From Macrostomum lignano (taxonomy: Eukaryota): a stretch of DNA of 61,788 nucleotides. The stretch covers positions 1 through 61,788 of the forward strand of contig NIVC01004071.1 in assembly GCA_002269645.1 (NCBI GenBank). Direction: 5' to 3'. The notes under the pieces were generated by a model that searched no databases, was not told the origin of the DNA, and was given only the letters and a program-made list of their open reading frames with translations. The translations under genes were made by a program, and so were the position numbers. Position 1 is the first letter of the stretch. Each line of letters starts with the position of its first letter. Below, piece after piece: positions 26,001-39,300 of this stretch.

Positions 26001-28235
26001 GTGGAGGCCGCAACGGCCGAGGCGACCGAGCCGTCTGCAGCCGTGGACGTGGCGGAGGGCAGCAGGGGCTGCAGGCTGAGGCGGAGGGTGCTGTTGTCCA
26101 GCCGCTGGCCCTGGCTGTAGGGGCTGAGGATGCACTTGTGCTCGGTGTCGCCTACCCAGGCCAGGTCCGTCAGGTCGATCACAGCGTAGCCGATCTTCGT
26201 ATACGAGCGGCCGCCTCGCTCCTCGCGCCGCACGGAGACGCGCAGGTGGACGGCCGGCGCGGCGGCGGGGGCGACAGGCGGTTGCAGGCCCAGCCGGCAG
26301 ACAAACTCCATGGGGGGCTGGTCGGACCAGGACACCTTGTTGTCCCGGATCTCCCTGCGGGTGGGCCGGAGGTGACCAGGGAGATTGGGACTGTGAGTGA
26401 CCAGGGAGATGGGACTGCGTGCGACCAGGGAGATGAGACTAAGTGACCAGGGAGATGAGACTGCGAGTGACCAGGGAGATGAGACTGCGAGTGACCAGGG
26501 AGATGAGACTGGGTGACCAGGGAGATGGGACTGCTGTGAGTGACCAGGGAGATGAGACTGAGTGACCAGGGAGATGAGACTGGGTGACCAGGGAGATGGG
26601 ACTGGGTGACCAGGGAGATGGGACTGAGTGACCAGGGAGATGAGACTGAGTGACCAGGGAGATGAGACTGAGTGACCAGGGAGATGACACTGCGTGTGAC
26701 CAAGGGAGATGAGACTGAGTGACCAGGGAGATGAGACTGCGTGTGACCAAGGGAGATGAGACTGAGTGACCAGGGAGATGAGACTGAGTGACCAGGGAGA
26801 TGAGACTGAGTGACCAAGGAGATGAGACTGAGTGAACAGGGAGATGAGACTGGGTGACCAGGGAGATGAGACTGGGTGACCAGGGAGATGAGACTGAGTG
26901 AACAGGGAGATGAGACTGGGTGACCAGGGAGATGAGACTGCGTGACCAGGGAGATGAGACTGCGTGACCAGGGAGATGAGACTGAGTGACCAAGGAGATG
27001 AGACTGAGTGAACAGGGAGATGAGACTGGGTGACCAGGGAGATGAGACTGGGTGACCAGGGAGATGAGACTGAGTGACCAAGGAGATGAGACTGAGTGAA
27101 CAGGGAGATGAGACTGGGTGACCAGGGAGATGAGACTGGGTGACCAGGGAGATGAGACTGCGTGACCAGGGAGATGAGACTGCGTGACCAGGGAGATGAG
27201 ACTGAGTGACCAAGGAGATGAGACTGAGTGAACAGGGAGATGAGACTGGGTGACCAGGGAGATGAGACTGGGTGACCAGGGAGATGAGACTGAGTGAACA
27301 GGGAGATGAGACTGGGTGACCAGGGAGATGAGACTGGGTGACCAGGGAGATGAGACTGCGTGACCAGGGAGATGAGACTGCGTGACCAGGGAGATGAGAC
27401 TGGGTGACCAGGGAGATGGGACTTCGTGTTGCAATGGGATGGAAGACGGGAGTCACTGTGTGTTACCAGAGATATTATCCAGGAGGATACAAAGCAGACT
27501 AACTGAAACGAAAACAGCTAGAAAAAATGGAGCAGCTCAGCGTATAAATAGAAGTGCAGACATTTGAGGCAAAATATAAAATGCACTCCTGACTGACGCT
27601 GGCTGCCCGAACGGGCGCTCACATTGCGTGGGCGCCATCGGTAGAGCTTCAGACTGACTTTCTGTTTATTTCAATTCACTCTGCTGCATCCCAGCAGCCC
27701 ATTGTGAGCGGGGCGCAGCTAAATTTAGCCAAGGGCTCTCAAGAGTTGAACGGGTGCGCAGCTCACCTGTGCTCGGAGTGCTGGCAGAACCGGCCGCCCC
27801 GAAGCAGGCGCACCTTAGCAAATAAAATGCCATGGCTCAGCGTGACGCCTTCCAGCTCAAGGAGGCGCAGGCGGACTCGCACCTGGTGGTATTAAAAATA
27901 AATCAATTTGTGAGTTTCAGAAACTATAAGCGTGAATCCCAAGAGCTAAATGTGTGAATCTTAAGAGTTCTCTTTAAAACTGTGTGCGTTTTAGGCTAAA
28001 CAGCGCACAGGCACTGACAGTCGAAACAGCGCACAGACACTGATATTTGAATGGCCATCAGAAACAAACAGAAAACAATCTGCACCTTTGCTGGACGGCA
28101 GCGGCTGCTGGGAGGCGGCGCGCCAGTGGCAGCAATGGAGTTGGCACCAACGGAGGCCACGTCTGGCTCAAGCTGCTGCTGTGGGCTGAGCTGCTGCTGC
28201 TGCTGCTGCTCAGGGGGCCGCACGCAGTTGAACAT
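23054..28235 (-). CDS. EEIG1: EEIG1/FAM102-like protein (N-terminal C2 domain, NT-C2)
   Basis: Exons 28086-28235, 27767-27882, 25836/25841-26354, optional 23717-23778, 23566-23641 and 23054-23182, with consistent phases. LFAKVRLLRGG, VSW..EFVC, RVSVRREERGGRSYTKIGYAVIDL, RLDNSTL and C-terminal TRTDNFQIVKEVL match my recollection of the family. Confidence 0.8.
23309..23497. repeat. 21-bp minisatellite, 9 copies
   Basis: Unit TCCATTAGCTACCCTCCCCTG. Confidence 0.95.
23920..24785. repeat. 33-bp minisatellite with CA-rich degenerate flank
   Basis: Unit CACACCAGATTATTCACACCACATATCTGCATT. Confidence 0.93.
25332..25793. repeat. 29-bp minisatellite, ~16 copies
   Basis: Unit GGCTGGCTGCTCAGCCTGAGGATCTGGGA. 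Confidence 0.95.
26375..27422. repeat. ~23-bp minisatellite, ~45 copies
   Basis: Unit GAGATGAGACTGAGTGACCAGGG with variants. Confidence 0.95.
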
Positions 28236-29419
28236 CTTGGTGTGTCACATGGGCTCAGAGCCAAGCATAGCATGCAATACAAATTCGATGTGTTCTGGTG
28301 CTTCAGAAACTAACAATGCAAACTTGTTAAATTGAAAATAAGCAAAGCTATGTTAATAATAATGAAAATGCCTATGGCCCTCAAAATATGGGAGTAGTAT
28401 TCTATGTACTACTTGTAAAATGTTATAGGCTGTTTGAAACATTGTAACCCTCAGAATTTACACTTGCCATGTGATTGCTTCAACCAAAAATGCAACCTAG
28501 TTATGTTCTTTTTGCAACTTGCTTTGTTTTTTAAATTTACCTATACCACTTTTTATTGTCTTTCTTTTTTGTTTTTCATTTTTAACTTTGTTATTTACCC
28601 TTCTTTGGTGTCATAATTTATGCTAGCTAGATTGGCTAGACTAGCTAGCTATTATGCATATATATATGCCCTTTGGTAGCACTAGAGCTACTAATCTTAG
28701 TTAAATAAGTAATTAAAAATAAGATTTTTTCAAAAAAATTGTAAAGTAAATCAAGAATTAAGAAATTAATTATTTATATAAATTTCTAAATATCAATATA
28801 AATAAGCTTTTTCTTATTGAATATTAACTATAAAAAATTATTAAATCATACATAATATAGTATCTTTATTATACAAAAAACTTTAGCATTCTTTCTTGTA
28901 CATATTTCTTATTATAAAGGCGAAAAATTAGAAATAAATTTAACCTTATTCAATAAATTTTTTTTCATCAAAACATAATGTTAGATAAAATGCAAAGATG
29001 GATATAAAGATGGGAAATATCTAGCTAGTAAAAGTGCATATATATAAACTATCTAGTACCTTCTATATGAGGAAGGGCTTTTTATAATACAGTATGAATG
29101 CTTTAAAACCTACTCATGTCACATTTATTTCTTAGAAAGACCATTGTTTGAATTCCCACAAAATGCTAATTTTTTTGTTTTAATGTTGTGAACACAATTA
29201 ATATTGTACGAAACCAATTTTGTTTTAAATACATAGGCAAAACTGTATAAATAGGAGCTCAGAATGGGCCAAGAGGATAACTCCTTCGTCCTGCATGCTC
29301 AGGCAAGACAGTGACAATTAGTTCACTCGATAAATATTCTAAAGCATTCTTATTCGACTTCACTCATTGCGATAGCATAAGACCCCAAATTGGGAGTATT
29401 ACTAAAAGGACCGCTAGAA

Positions 29420-29794
29420 AGCGAGAATTGCCTCTATTTTTTTATTAGAGGCAGGGGGGTTGTGTGCACCCTGGCGCAATTTAAGCAACATTGGCACACA
29501 ACCGGCGAGAGGCATTACTGCCCATTCCGCCGACTCCCCTGAGCAGGCATACAAGCGCGCGGATACATTACGCAGGCACACACTCACACAGGAGTGTACA
29601 GCGGCCCTAACTTTAATAATTGTTAGGCATGTACACTTCACTGCGCCTTGGGGGGTTGGCTCTCAAGGCCGTTAATTGCACAAGCGAGCCAAGCCAAGAT
29701 TCCAATCCAGCCCCAAATTAATGTGGCTGCACTTGGAATCGAGCCTGGGTCGCGGCACACCAGAGCAGCTGCGCTACTGCTAGGCTACGGCCCC
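29420..29794 (-). mobile_element. tRNA-derived SINE (degenerate tRNA head at 29722-29794)
   Basis: Minus strand GGGGCCGTAGCCTAGCAGTAG (A box) and GGCTCGATTCC (B box); acceptor stem not intact; body shared with 32870-33105. Confidence 0.65.
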
Positions 29795-32700
29795 CTTGAG
29801 AATCGCCTCAGGGCAGTAATTGTAAATTTGCCTCAGGGCAGGAGAACCACCTCATATCGAGAGAAAGTCGCCTCAGGGCAGGGAAAACGCATAAAGCTGT
29901 GACCCTCTGATCCCAGGAACACCAGGACTGAGAGACTAAGAAGTAGACAGTGCCAATAGACCGCTCAGGCCAAAAATAGAGAAGTAGACGCTACCAATAG
30001 AAGTAGATAAGTAGACGCTACCAATAATAGTACATTTATGCAAAAGTAGGAAATAGAAGATTAACACTAGCACAACTTAGTGGCAGCAAGTAAGATCAAT
30101 AAGAGAATAAATAAGAGCCCTGAGACAACTTGGTGGCAATTAGTGGGATAGTTGAAAGACAGAAATAAGCCCTACGTCAACTTTGGTGTCAGCGGTTAAG
30201 ATTTATATAGAGAGAACAATAACCATTGTCACAACTTTAGTACCAGCGGTGGGATAAGTGACTAGACAAGGGCTAACGATTAGGAAGACAGAGCCAACAG
30301 GCCTGTCACATATATATAAACTATCTAGTACCTTCAACTCTTGCATTGCATCACAGTGAAATATATATAGAAAATAAACATTATAAAATGACAAAATGTT
30401 AATATTAAACAAAATGCATATTTGCCTATATAATCTATCTTTTATTGATTATTAATATTGTATTTAGTGGTGGATCAATGGATCCTGAGTTTTGCCCTCG
30501 GCTCTTCCCATGGCCAAGGGGTCGCCGCGGGCCAGAAGCTCCCAGCATCAGGATTTTAAAAACGGGGGACAGATTGGCCCAACCTTTAATAAGTATATTG
30601 AAATTATTTTGGTGGTTCTAGTATTTCTGCTTTGTTGGCGGCGTCACAAAAATTAAACTACCTTTTTCTTCTTATATGCAAGTCCAGACTCTAGCCACGG
30701 AAAAATAGGGGTGGCCCCCCTAGTATAGTAGTGTCGAATTCTTTGTAAATGCTATAAAATTCTGAAAGTGAAATGGTGAGATAAAAACAACGAAAATGCC
30801 AGCTTTGTAAACCAAAGCTACAGGCAAATACAAATACTGATTACAATTTAAAAAGACAACACATAAATTTGAGATTCAGTGATTCATTGAAAATATCATT
30901 TCAACTAATAATTATTTTCAATTAAACATGACAAAAAAATTTGTGAAACGTAAATACATAATTTACAGCAAAGATTTTTAAAAAATCTTATTTGCAGCTT
31001 AAATCTCTCTAAATCACTTTGTTATAGCCTATACCAGTTTTACGAAAATTTGTTACGGAAATTTGCTTTTTAGCAAGATTTATCTTCTTTGTTGCTACCA
31101 CAGCTTTCGAATACGATCAATTTGCAAAGAACTGAAGGAAACAAGTGCATTCTTACAAAATTTTTCTGAATGTTCCAAAAAATATAGTAGTCTTTACGAT
31201 CGCACATAAGCCCATTTCTATCGAAAAAGATGGAATTGAAGGCATTTATCATTACTCCTCTATCCTTAGAGTATACTGGCTAATAAACAACTTCGTAAAA
31301 GACTCTTCAAAAAGCATCGGTGATCGAATTAAGGCTCGCGCTTTATTTCCTCTTCAGTAGCTTATATTTATATTAGCTGCTTAATTTGCTTCGTAATGAA
31401 AATGTTGACAAGCGGTGGGAATCAATATCCAGGGACTCTGTAGCAATTCGAGATACGCTAATGCTCGAACTCGAACTTTTGACATAAAAGTTAATAATGC
31501 TATTCGGTATTCGTCTGCGCCGTTCACATAAAATTAATTGCGTTTTATTCGATCACTCAACATTAGTTAAACTGTAATTTTTTTTACAGTTGTGCTGCGC
31601 TTCCTAATCATAAAAGAATGACGCTCCATTTTAGGTTAGTGAACAATGCATGAAATTAAGTTTCCATTTCCCCCCAGTTGCAGTTTAAAAGTACAGACGT
31701 GAAAATTCGTGGCAACAAAATCAAACAATGTTTCGGCCAGTGAGCTAAGATATAGACAGGAAAGTCTTTAAAAAGTAAATGATATATTTTCGCACATAAT
31801 CTAGAGAGACAAACTGAAAACAAGAAGCTGAGACGCAAACAAGAATGCACTAACAGGCGCTTTCCTGTAGAGCAAACAGGTAGAAGCGATAACGAATGTT
31901 AAAAGACTGGAGGAGTAAACGCGCAGGAAAGGTTTGCATTTCAGCCACTAGTCTTGTGGAGCAGTCGGGCAAAAAAACAAAAAAAGCAACCGGCGCAGTT
32001 GACACGGGCGGCTCGGGGCGCGAGCTCCGGCAGGTAAGGCCACGCTGATCAGTAAAGTAGCAAACAGGGCTGACAAAAAAGCATTGGGATCAATTAAGCA
32101 TTAATAATAAAATAGCCTCGCAGCCAAGATTTGCTGGGATATCACAGCCAGATTGTCGGGGACTAATAATAAGGGGGGCATTGGCCAACAGTGAGTTTGT
32201 GAATTTGTGAACATAAAAGTCGTAGAGTAAACATTGCTCAGGCCAATAGCTACATGATTAGGAATAACTATATAAAGTATATTATAATACTATACACTAT
32301 GAACAACACTTGTGCAGCAAAGTGCGGGCGTGCGGAACCGCAACCTGTGACGCAATCAACAAAGTGCAGCTCTGTCGCAGTCTGTGCAAGCGGCGAGGCC
32401 TGCAAATAGGATGCAAACTCTATGGCAAAAAGGTGAAATCGGCGCGGGCCAATGCAAATAATTACAGGTTGGATCAAAGATTAGAGCCATCAACAAGATG
32501 GACCGCGCAGTATTGAATGAATGAACAGGCATAAGTCTATCTAGCTTGAATAAATTTAGCTTGAATAAACTTGCAGATAAATTTGCTCAATCATGCTCGA
32601 CCAGTTCAACTAAATGTTCGACTCTACACAATCAGACCGGCGAGCACCCTGTCGAGTACTAAGCATAGTCAGGAAATTCCCAGTCTCCATCTGCATCATC

Positions 32701-32869
32701 ATAAAAAATCGAGATCGAATAGTCCCTGCAATATGCGCATCAGCTACTGAATTAATAGTGTGCATGACCTGCACAGCGGAGAGAAGAGAGCGGACAAGCG
32801 ACACGGGAAACTATCCCTCCAAAAATGATTGATTTTATTCAGGACAATTTGAAAACTCGGGACCGGAAA

Positions 32870-33105
32870 CCAATGAGTTGCCCTTGGATTTCTAATAGAC
32901 CTCTAGAATGCCTCAAGAGATTGCCGCGTGGGCACCCTGGCGGCGGCTTCGGCCCAAAGCCAGCGGCGAGGCAATTCTGACCAGCTCGCTGGCTCCTGAG
33001 CACTAACAAGCGCGCCAACACTCGCTCACACAGGGTGTACAGCGGCCCTGGCTTCCTAATCGTCAGGCATGTACACTCCTGTATGCCTTGGGGGCTGGCC
33101 CTCCG
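32870..33105 (-). mobile_element. Headless, diverged relative of the SINE at 29420
   Basis: Shares CCCCAAGGC..AGTGTACATGCCT..AGGGCCGCTGTACAC..TGTGTGAG, GCGCGCTTGT..TGCTCAGG and GCCAGGGTGC in the same order. Confidence 0.55.
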
Positions 33106-33343
33106 CTCTGTTCTTCACTCTGCATCTTGCTGTCACCTGTAATCCTTGGGATGATCGGTAATCAATTCAGTAATCAGTGGCCGAATCGCTGGGTTTGGCG
33201 ATGGCTCGAAAAAATTTCGTCACAACAATGAAAAAGTTAGGTAGAAGCAGAAAAACAAATAAAAATGAACATGGCTCTCGGGGATGCAGGAGGCGAGTCG
33301 GAGCCGCAGCTGATCGGGCTTCGGACTCTGGCAAGCGTGGCCC

Positions 33344-36300
33344 TCACGGCTGCTGGCTGTACTTGGCGTGCATCCGCTGGGCCACCTCGTACACGTAGGA
33401 GATGTCAGGCCTGGCGTCCGGGCTGGGCTGGATCATGGCACTGACCAGGTCGCGCAGCTGCGGGCGGCGGCGATGGGGAATTAGAGGCCAGTAAGCTACT
33501 GTCAGTAGTACATGTATACGTAACAGACTGGTGGCGTAAAACAGGAATGCATAAACTCTTGCAGATATTTGAGAAAGCCGTGACTTTTTACGCAATTTTT
33601 GACAAACTTTTTAACCTCAAGAACAGAATAAAAAATCCAGCTCATGGCTTCAGCTCTCCTTCTCACTCTCCTCACTCTCCAGAGAGTAGGAAGGAGAGGG
33701 AATAGAAGATAAGAGATGAGAGAAGAGAGGAGAGGCGAGAGATGGGATGAGAGAAAAGATAGAAGAGTAAAGAGGGGAGAGAGATCAGAGAGGAGAGAGG
33801 GCAGAGGAGAGAGGAGAGCGGAGAGAAAAAGAGGGGAGAGTGGAGAGGGGAGAGGGAAGAGAGGGGAGAGAAAGGAGAGAGAGGAGAGAGTAGAGGGGCG
33901 AGGGGAGAGGGAAGAGAGAGGAGAGAGTAGAGGGGAGAGAAGAGAAAGGGGGGAGAAGGGAGAAGAGAGGAGAGGGGAGAGGAGAGAGAGGGGAGAGAAG
34001 GGAGAGGAGAGGAGAGAGGAGAGAGGAGAGAGGAGAGAGGAGAGAGGAGAGAGGGGAGAGGGGAGAGGGGCGAGAGAGGAGAGGGGAGAGGAGAGAGGGG
34101 GAGAGAAGGGAGAGGAGAGGAGAGAGGAGAGAGGAGAGAGGAGAGAGGAGAGAGGAGAGAGGCGAGATGGGAGAGGAAAAAGGGGAGAAGAGAGAGGGGA
34201 GAGGGGAGGAGTGCTTAAAAGAGATATGAACCATGAGCGGACGGGCTCGCTATTGTGAAGTTTCAAAGGACCCGATGGCCGGATAGAGAGGCTTTGCGGG
34301 TCGGAGTTTGCCGACCCCAGGGTTAGCCCAATTAAACAGGTATGTTGATAATAAAATTAGATTTCAAAATGAGGCGATTTTTAAAGTACTACTGAAAATC
34401 AGAAATATAAAAACAGCTTATTAAACTTGATAACAAGTTTACCTCGCTCGAATAGATGTCCGCAGGCAGGGGCGGATAGTCGCACTGCTCAATCTTCTTG
34501 CACAGCGAGTACAGGTTCATCTTGTCTCCATAGAAGGGGCTCTGCAGGGCGGCCATCTCGTACAGCAGGCAGCCCAGGGACCACAGGTCCGACTTGAAGT
34601 TGTAGCCGTTCTCGTGGATGCGCTCGGGGCTCATGTAGTAGGGCGTGCCGACTGGGGGGGGGCGGCGGGCTGCTATGAGTGATCTAACAGTCCAGACTCC
34701 TGACCCAACAGTCCCGACTCCTGACCCAACAGTCCCAACTCCTGAAACAAGAGTCCAGACTCCTGACATAACAGTCCCGACTCCTGACATAACAGTCCCG
34801 ACTCCTGACCCAACAGTCCAGACTCCTGAAACAAGAGTCCAGACTTTTGACATAACAGTCCCGACTCCTGACCCAACAGTCCCGACTCCTGACCCAACAG
34901 TCCCGACTCCTGACCCAACAGTCCCGACTCCTGACCCAACAGTCCCGACTCCTGACCCAACAGTCCCGACTCCTGACCCAACAGTCCCAACTCCTGACCC
35001 AACAGTCCCGACTCCTGACCCAACAGAGCAGCAACCACTCACCAAGCGAGTGGGCATTGGTGGTCTTGGAGCTGAAGAAGCGACCAAGGCCTAGGTCTCC
35101 CAGCTTAACCTGGCCGCTGGCCGTGATGAACACGTTAGCCGGCTTGATGTCTGCGGGTATCAAAGCCGATGCATACTACTCATTAGTGATATGGACGCCA
35201 ATTTCTAAATGCTTTTAGAGATCTTTGGTGCAATCAATGCAGAACCGGATCCTGAATTTCGCTCCGGTTCAAATCAATAACCAGCTTTAACAAAGGCGAA
35301 GCGATGGAAATGAGTTCACAGTCTTTGACTCTTGGCTCTTTCAGGGGCCACTATTGAGAGAAAAGTCATGCTGAGACTGCCTGCTCCCCACACCCTCAAG
35401 TGAGAAGGCAATGCCCTCAAGCCATGGCAATAGCAGCCCACCTCTGTGCATAATCCGCTTGGAGTGCATGTGGTCCAGGCCGCTGCAGATCTGCACAAAG
35501 TACTTCCAGATGGTCTTCTCCGGGATGAGGCGCTGCTGCTTCTTGAAGTGCTGCAAGGCGGGTTGCAACGGGGCGGCGAGGGGATATGAGAGCGGGGCGG
35601 CCATTGTGCTGTGCGTGAGGATAGGGAAGAGGAAAAGTGGCACTAAGAATTCATTAAGGCACGGAGTGCTAAACCTACACATCTGGAGACTGAGCAGCTT
35701 GAAGAAGTAGTGAGAGCGGAGGGGGTTTCCACTCCAGATATTTCTATCTAGAAGTCTGTGAGATAGTGAAATCAGAGTTTCCACTCCTGATGCTTCTATC
35801 CAGGAGTCCGTGAGGCAGTAGTGAAAGCGGAGGGGATTTCTACTCCAGATGTTTATACCCAGGAGTCCGTGAGGCAGTAGTGAAAGCGGAGGGGATTTCT
35901 ACTCCAGATGTTTATACCCAGGAGTCCGTGAGGCAGTAGTGAAAGTGGAGGGGTTTTCACTCCAGATGTTTATACCCAGGAGTCCGTGAGGCAGTAGTGA
36001 AAGTGAAGGGGTTTTCACTCCAGATGTTTATACCCAGGAGTCCGTGAGGCAGTAGTGAAAGTGAAGGGGTTTTCACTCCAGATGTTTATACCCAAGAGTC
36101 CGTGAGGCAGTAGTGAAAGTGAAGGGGTTTTCACTCCAGATTTTTATACCCAGGAGTCCGTGAGGCAGTAGTGAAAGTGAAGGGGTTTTCACTCCAGATG
36201 TATATATCCAGGAGTCCGTGAGGCAGTAGTGAAAGTGAAGGGGTTTCCACTCCAGAAGTTTATACCCAAGAGTCCGTGAGGCATCAGCAGCTCACCTTGA

Positions 36301-39300
36301 TCATGCGGGACAGGTCCCCGGCGTCGGCCAGCTCCAGCACAATGTTCAGCTCATTGTTCTCAATAAATGAGGCCAGGTAGCGAATGACGTTCGGGTGGTC
36401 CAGTTGCTGCGGTGTGCCGGGCGAGCATAAATTATTCATGAGCAAAACCGGTGGGTCAATAATTCATCTGAGGACTTTTCTTCACACAGCGCCTGCATAA
36501 CCCCCTATCCCATGCCACCTGAGCCTGAGGCTTGGGGGATTAAAAGGCCGGGGCTTCGGCCCTCCATTTGTACCCACCTTGAGCAAGTCGATCTCCTTGA
36601 TGCAGTCCTGCCGCGCCTTGGCGTCCATCATCTCGAAGATCTGCGGGTTGTGGCGGGCGGGCGAGCTCTGCGTTTTGCCTGTTTGATCTCTGCTGGGCCG
36701 TGCTCAAATCTCTCTCTTGAGTTGAGAAAGTTGAGCACTTTGTAAAGTCAATCAAGAATTAGGCAAAAAATCAGCCGAGTTGTGAGTTGCAATCAGGCAA
36801 AAGTGCAAATATGTTAGTTTGCCAGGCGCTTGGCAAATCAAGACTATTTGACGGCCTGCATGGGATTCTGAAAGCTGCCTTTAGGCCGATGTGGGAAGTG
36901 AGGGTCAAGCCGGAGCTAGAGATCAGATCCCAATATGGGAAGTGAGGGTCAAGCCGGAGCTAGAGATCAGATCCCAATATGGGAAGTGAGGGTCAAGCCG
37001 GAGCTAGAGATCAGATCCCAATATGGGAAGTGAGGGTCAAGCCGGAGCTAGAGATCAGATCCCAATATGGGAAGTGAGGGTCAAGCCGGAGCTAGAGATT
37101 AGATCCCAATATGGGAAGTGAGGGTCAAGCCGGAGCTAGAGATCAGATCCCAATATGGGAAGTGAGGGTCAAGCCGGAGCTAGAGATCAGATCCCAATAT
37201 GGGAAGTGAGGGTCAAGCCGGAGCTAGAGATCAGATCCCAATATGGGAAGTGAGGGTCAAGCTGGAGCTAGAGATCAGATCCCAATATGGGAAGTGAGGG
37301 TCAAGCCGGAGCTAGAGATCAGATCCCAATATGGGAAGTGAGGGTCAAGCCGGAGCTAGAGATCAGATCCCAATATGGGAAGTGAGGGTCAAGCCGGAGC
37401 TAGAGATCAGATCCCAATATGGGAAGTGAGGGTCAAGCCGGAGCTAGAGATCAGATCCCAATATGGGAAGTGAGGGTCAAGCCGGAGCTAGAGATCAGAT
37501 CCCAATATGGGAAGTGAGGGTCAAGCCGGAGCTAGAGATCAGATCCCAATATGGGAAGTGAGGGTCAAGCCGGAGCTAGAGATCAGATCCCAATATGGGA
37601 AGTGAGGGTCAAGCCGGAGCTAGAGATCAGATCCCAATATGGGAAGTGAGGGTCAAGCCGGAGCTAGAGATCAGATCCCAATATGGGAAGTGAGGGTCAA
37701 GCCGGAGCTAAGAGATCAGATCCCAATATGGGAAGTGAGGGTCAAGCCGGAGCTAGAGATCAGATCCCAATATGGGAAGTGAGGGTCAAGCCGGAGCTAG
37801 AGATCAGATCCCAATATGGGAAGTGAGGGTCAAGCCGGAGCTAGAGATCAGATCCCAATATGGGAAGTGAGGGTCAAGCCGGAGCTAGAGATCAGATCCC
37901 AATATGGGAAGTGAGGGTCAAGCCGGAGCTAGAGATCAGATCCCAATATGGGAAGTGAGGGTCAAGCCGGAGCTAGAGATCAGATCCCAATATGGGAAGT
38001 GAGGGTCAAGCCGGAGCTAGAGATTAGATCCCAATATGGGAAGTGAGGGTCAAGCCGGAGCTAGAGATCAGATCCCAATATGGGAAGTGAGGGTCAAGCC
38101 GGAGCTAGAGATCAGATCCCAATATGGGAAGTGAGGGTCAAGCCGGAGCTAGAGATCAGATCCCAATATGGGAAGTGAGGGTCAAGCCGGAGCTAGAGAT
38201 CAGATCCCAATATGGGAAGTGAGGGTCAAGCCGGAGCTAGAGATCAGATCCCAATATGGGAAGTGAGGGTCAAGCCGGAGCTAGAGATCAGATCCCAATA
38301 TGGGAAGTGAGGGTCAAGCCGGAGCTAGAGATCAGATCCCAATATGGGAAGTGAGGGTCAAGCCGGAGCTAAGAGATCAGATCCCAATATGGGAAGTGAG
38401 GGTCAAGCCAGAGCTAGAGATCAGATCCCAATATGGGAAGTGAGGGTCAAGCCGGAGCTAGAGATCAGATCCCAATATGGGAAGTGAGGGTCAAGCCGGA
38501 GCTAGAGATCAGATCCCAATATGGGAAGTGAGGGTCAAGCCGGAGCTAGAGATCAGATCCCAATATGGGAAGTGAGGGTCAAGCCGGAGCTAGAGATCAG
38601 ATCCCAATATGGGAAGTGAGGGTCAAGCCGGAGCTAGAGATCAGATCCCAATATGGGAAGTGAGGGTCAAGCCGGAGCTAAGAGATCAGATCCCAATATG
38701 GGAAGTGAGGGTCAAGCCGGAGCTAGAGATCAGATCCCAATATGGGAAGTGAGGGTCAAGCCGGAGCTAGAGATCAGATCCCAATATGGGAAGTGAGGGT
38801 CAAGCCGGAGCTAGAGATCAGATCCCAATATGGGAAGTGAGGGTCAAGCCGGAGCTAAGAGATCAGATCCCAATATGGGAAGTGAGGGTCAAGCCGGAGC
38901 TAGAGATCAGATCCCAATATGGGAAGTGAGGGTCAAGCCGGAGAGAACAATCCAGGAATCCCAGTGCAGAATCCAGCGCAAGGGGCAGCCGAGGCCCTAC
39001 CTGGACCTTCTTAAGTGCCACCACGCATTCGTCCTCGCGGCAGATGGCGCGCCAAACCTCGCTGAACTGGCCCTTGCCAATTTTTTTATCAATTTTGAAC
39101 TTGGCCAGGGAACCGTACTTATTTTCCGGGTCGTGATTCGGCACCACAAAGTCAGCGTCCATGGCTGCTGCAAGACGCGCATTGTTTGAATTTAAATTAG
39201 CAGTTTTGATTGAGTGGCGCTCGGGTTACTAATATTAAATCAGCTGATCAGCAGATCGATAATTAGCCTTGCCAAAATTTGTTATTGCAGTTATTGATCG

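Noticed and set aside
29722-29794. Functional tRNA gene
   Set aside because: Acceptor and anticodon stems do not pair properly; better explained as a SINE head.
31860-32830. Possible plus-strand exons between the SINE and NEK
   Set aside because: Splice-like sites are present, but I found no consistent frame or recognisable protein.
36892-38942. Regular ~30-45 bp repeats resembling CRISPR arrays
   Set aside because: Units are head-to-tail with no unique spacers, there are no cas genes, and the context is eukaryotic.
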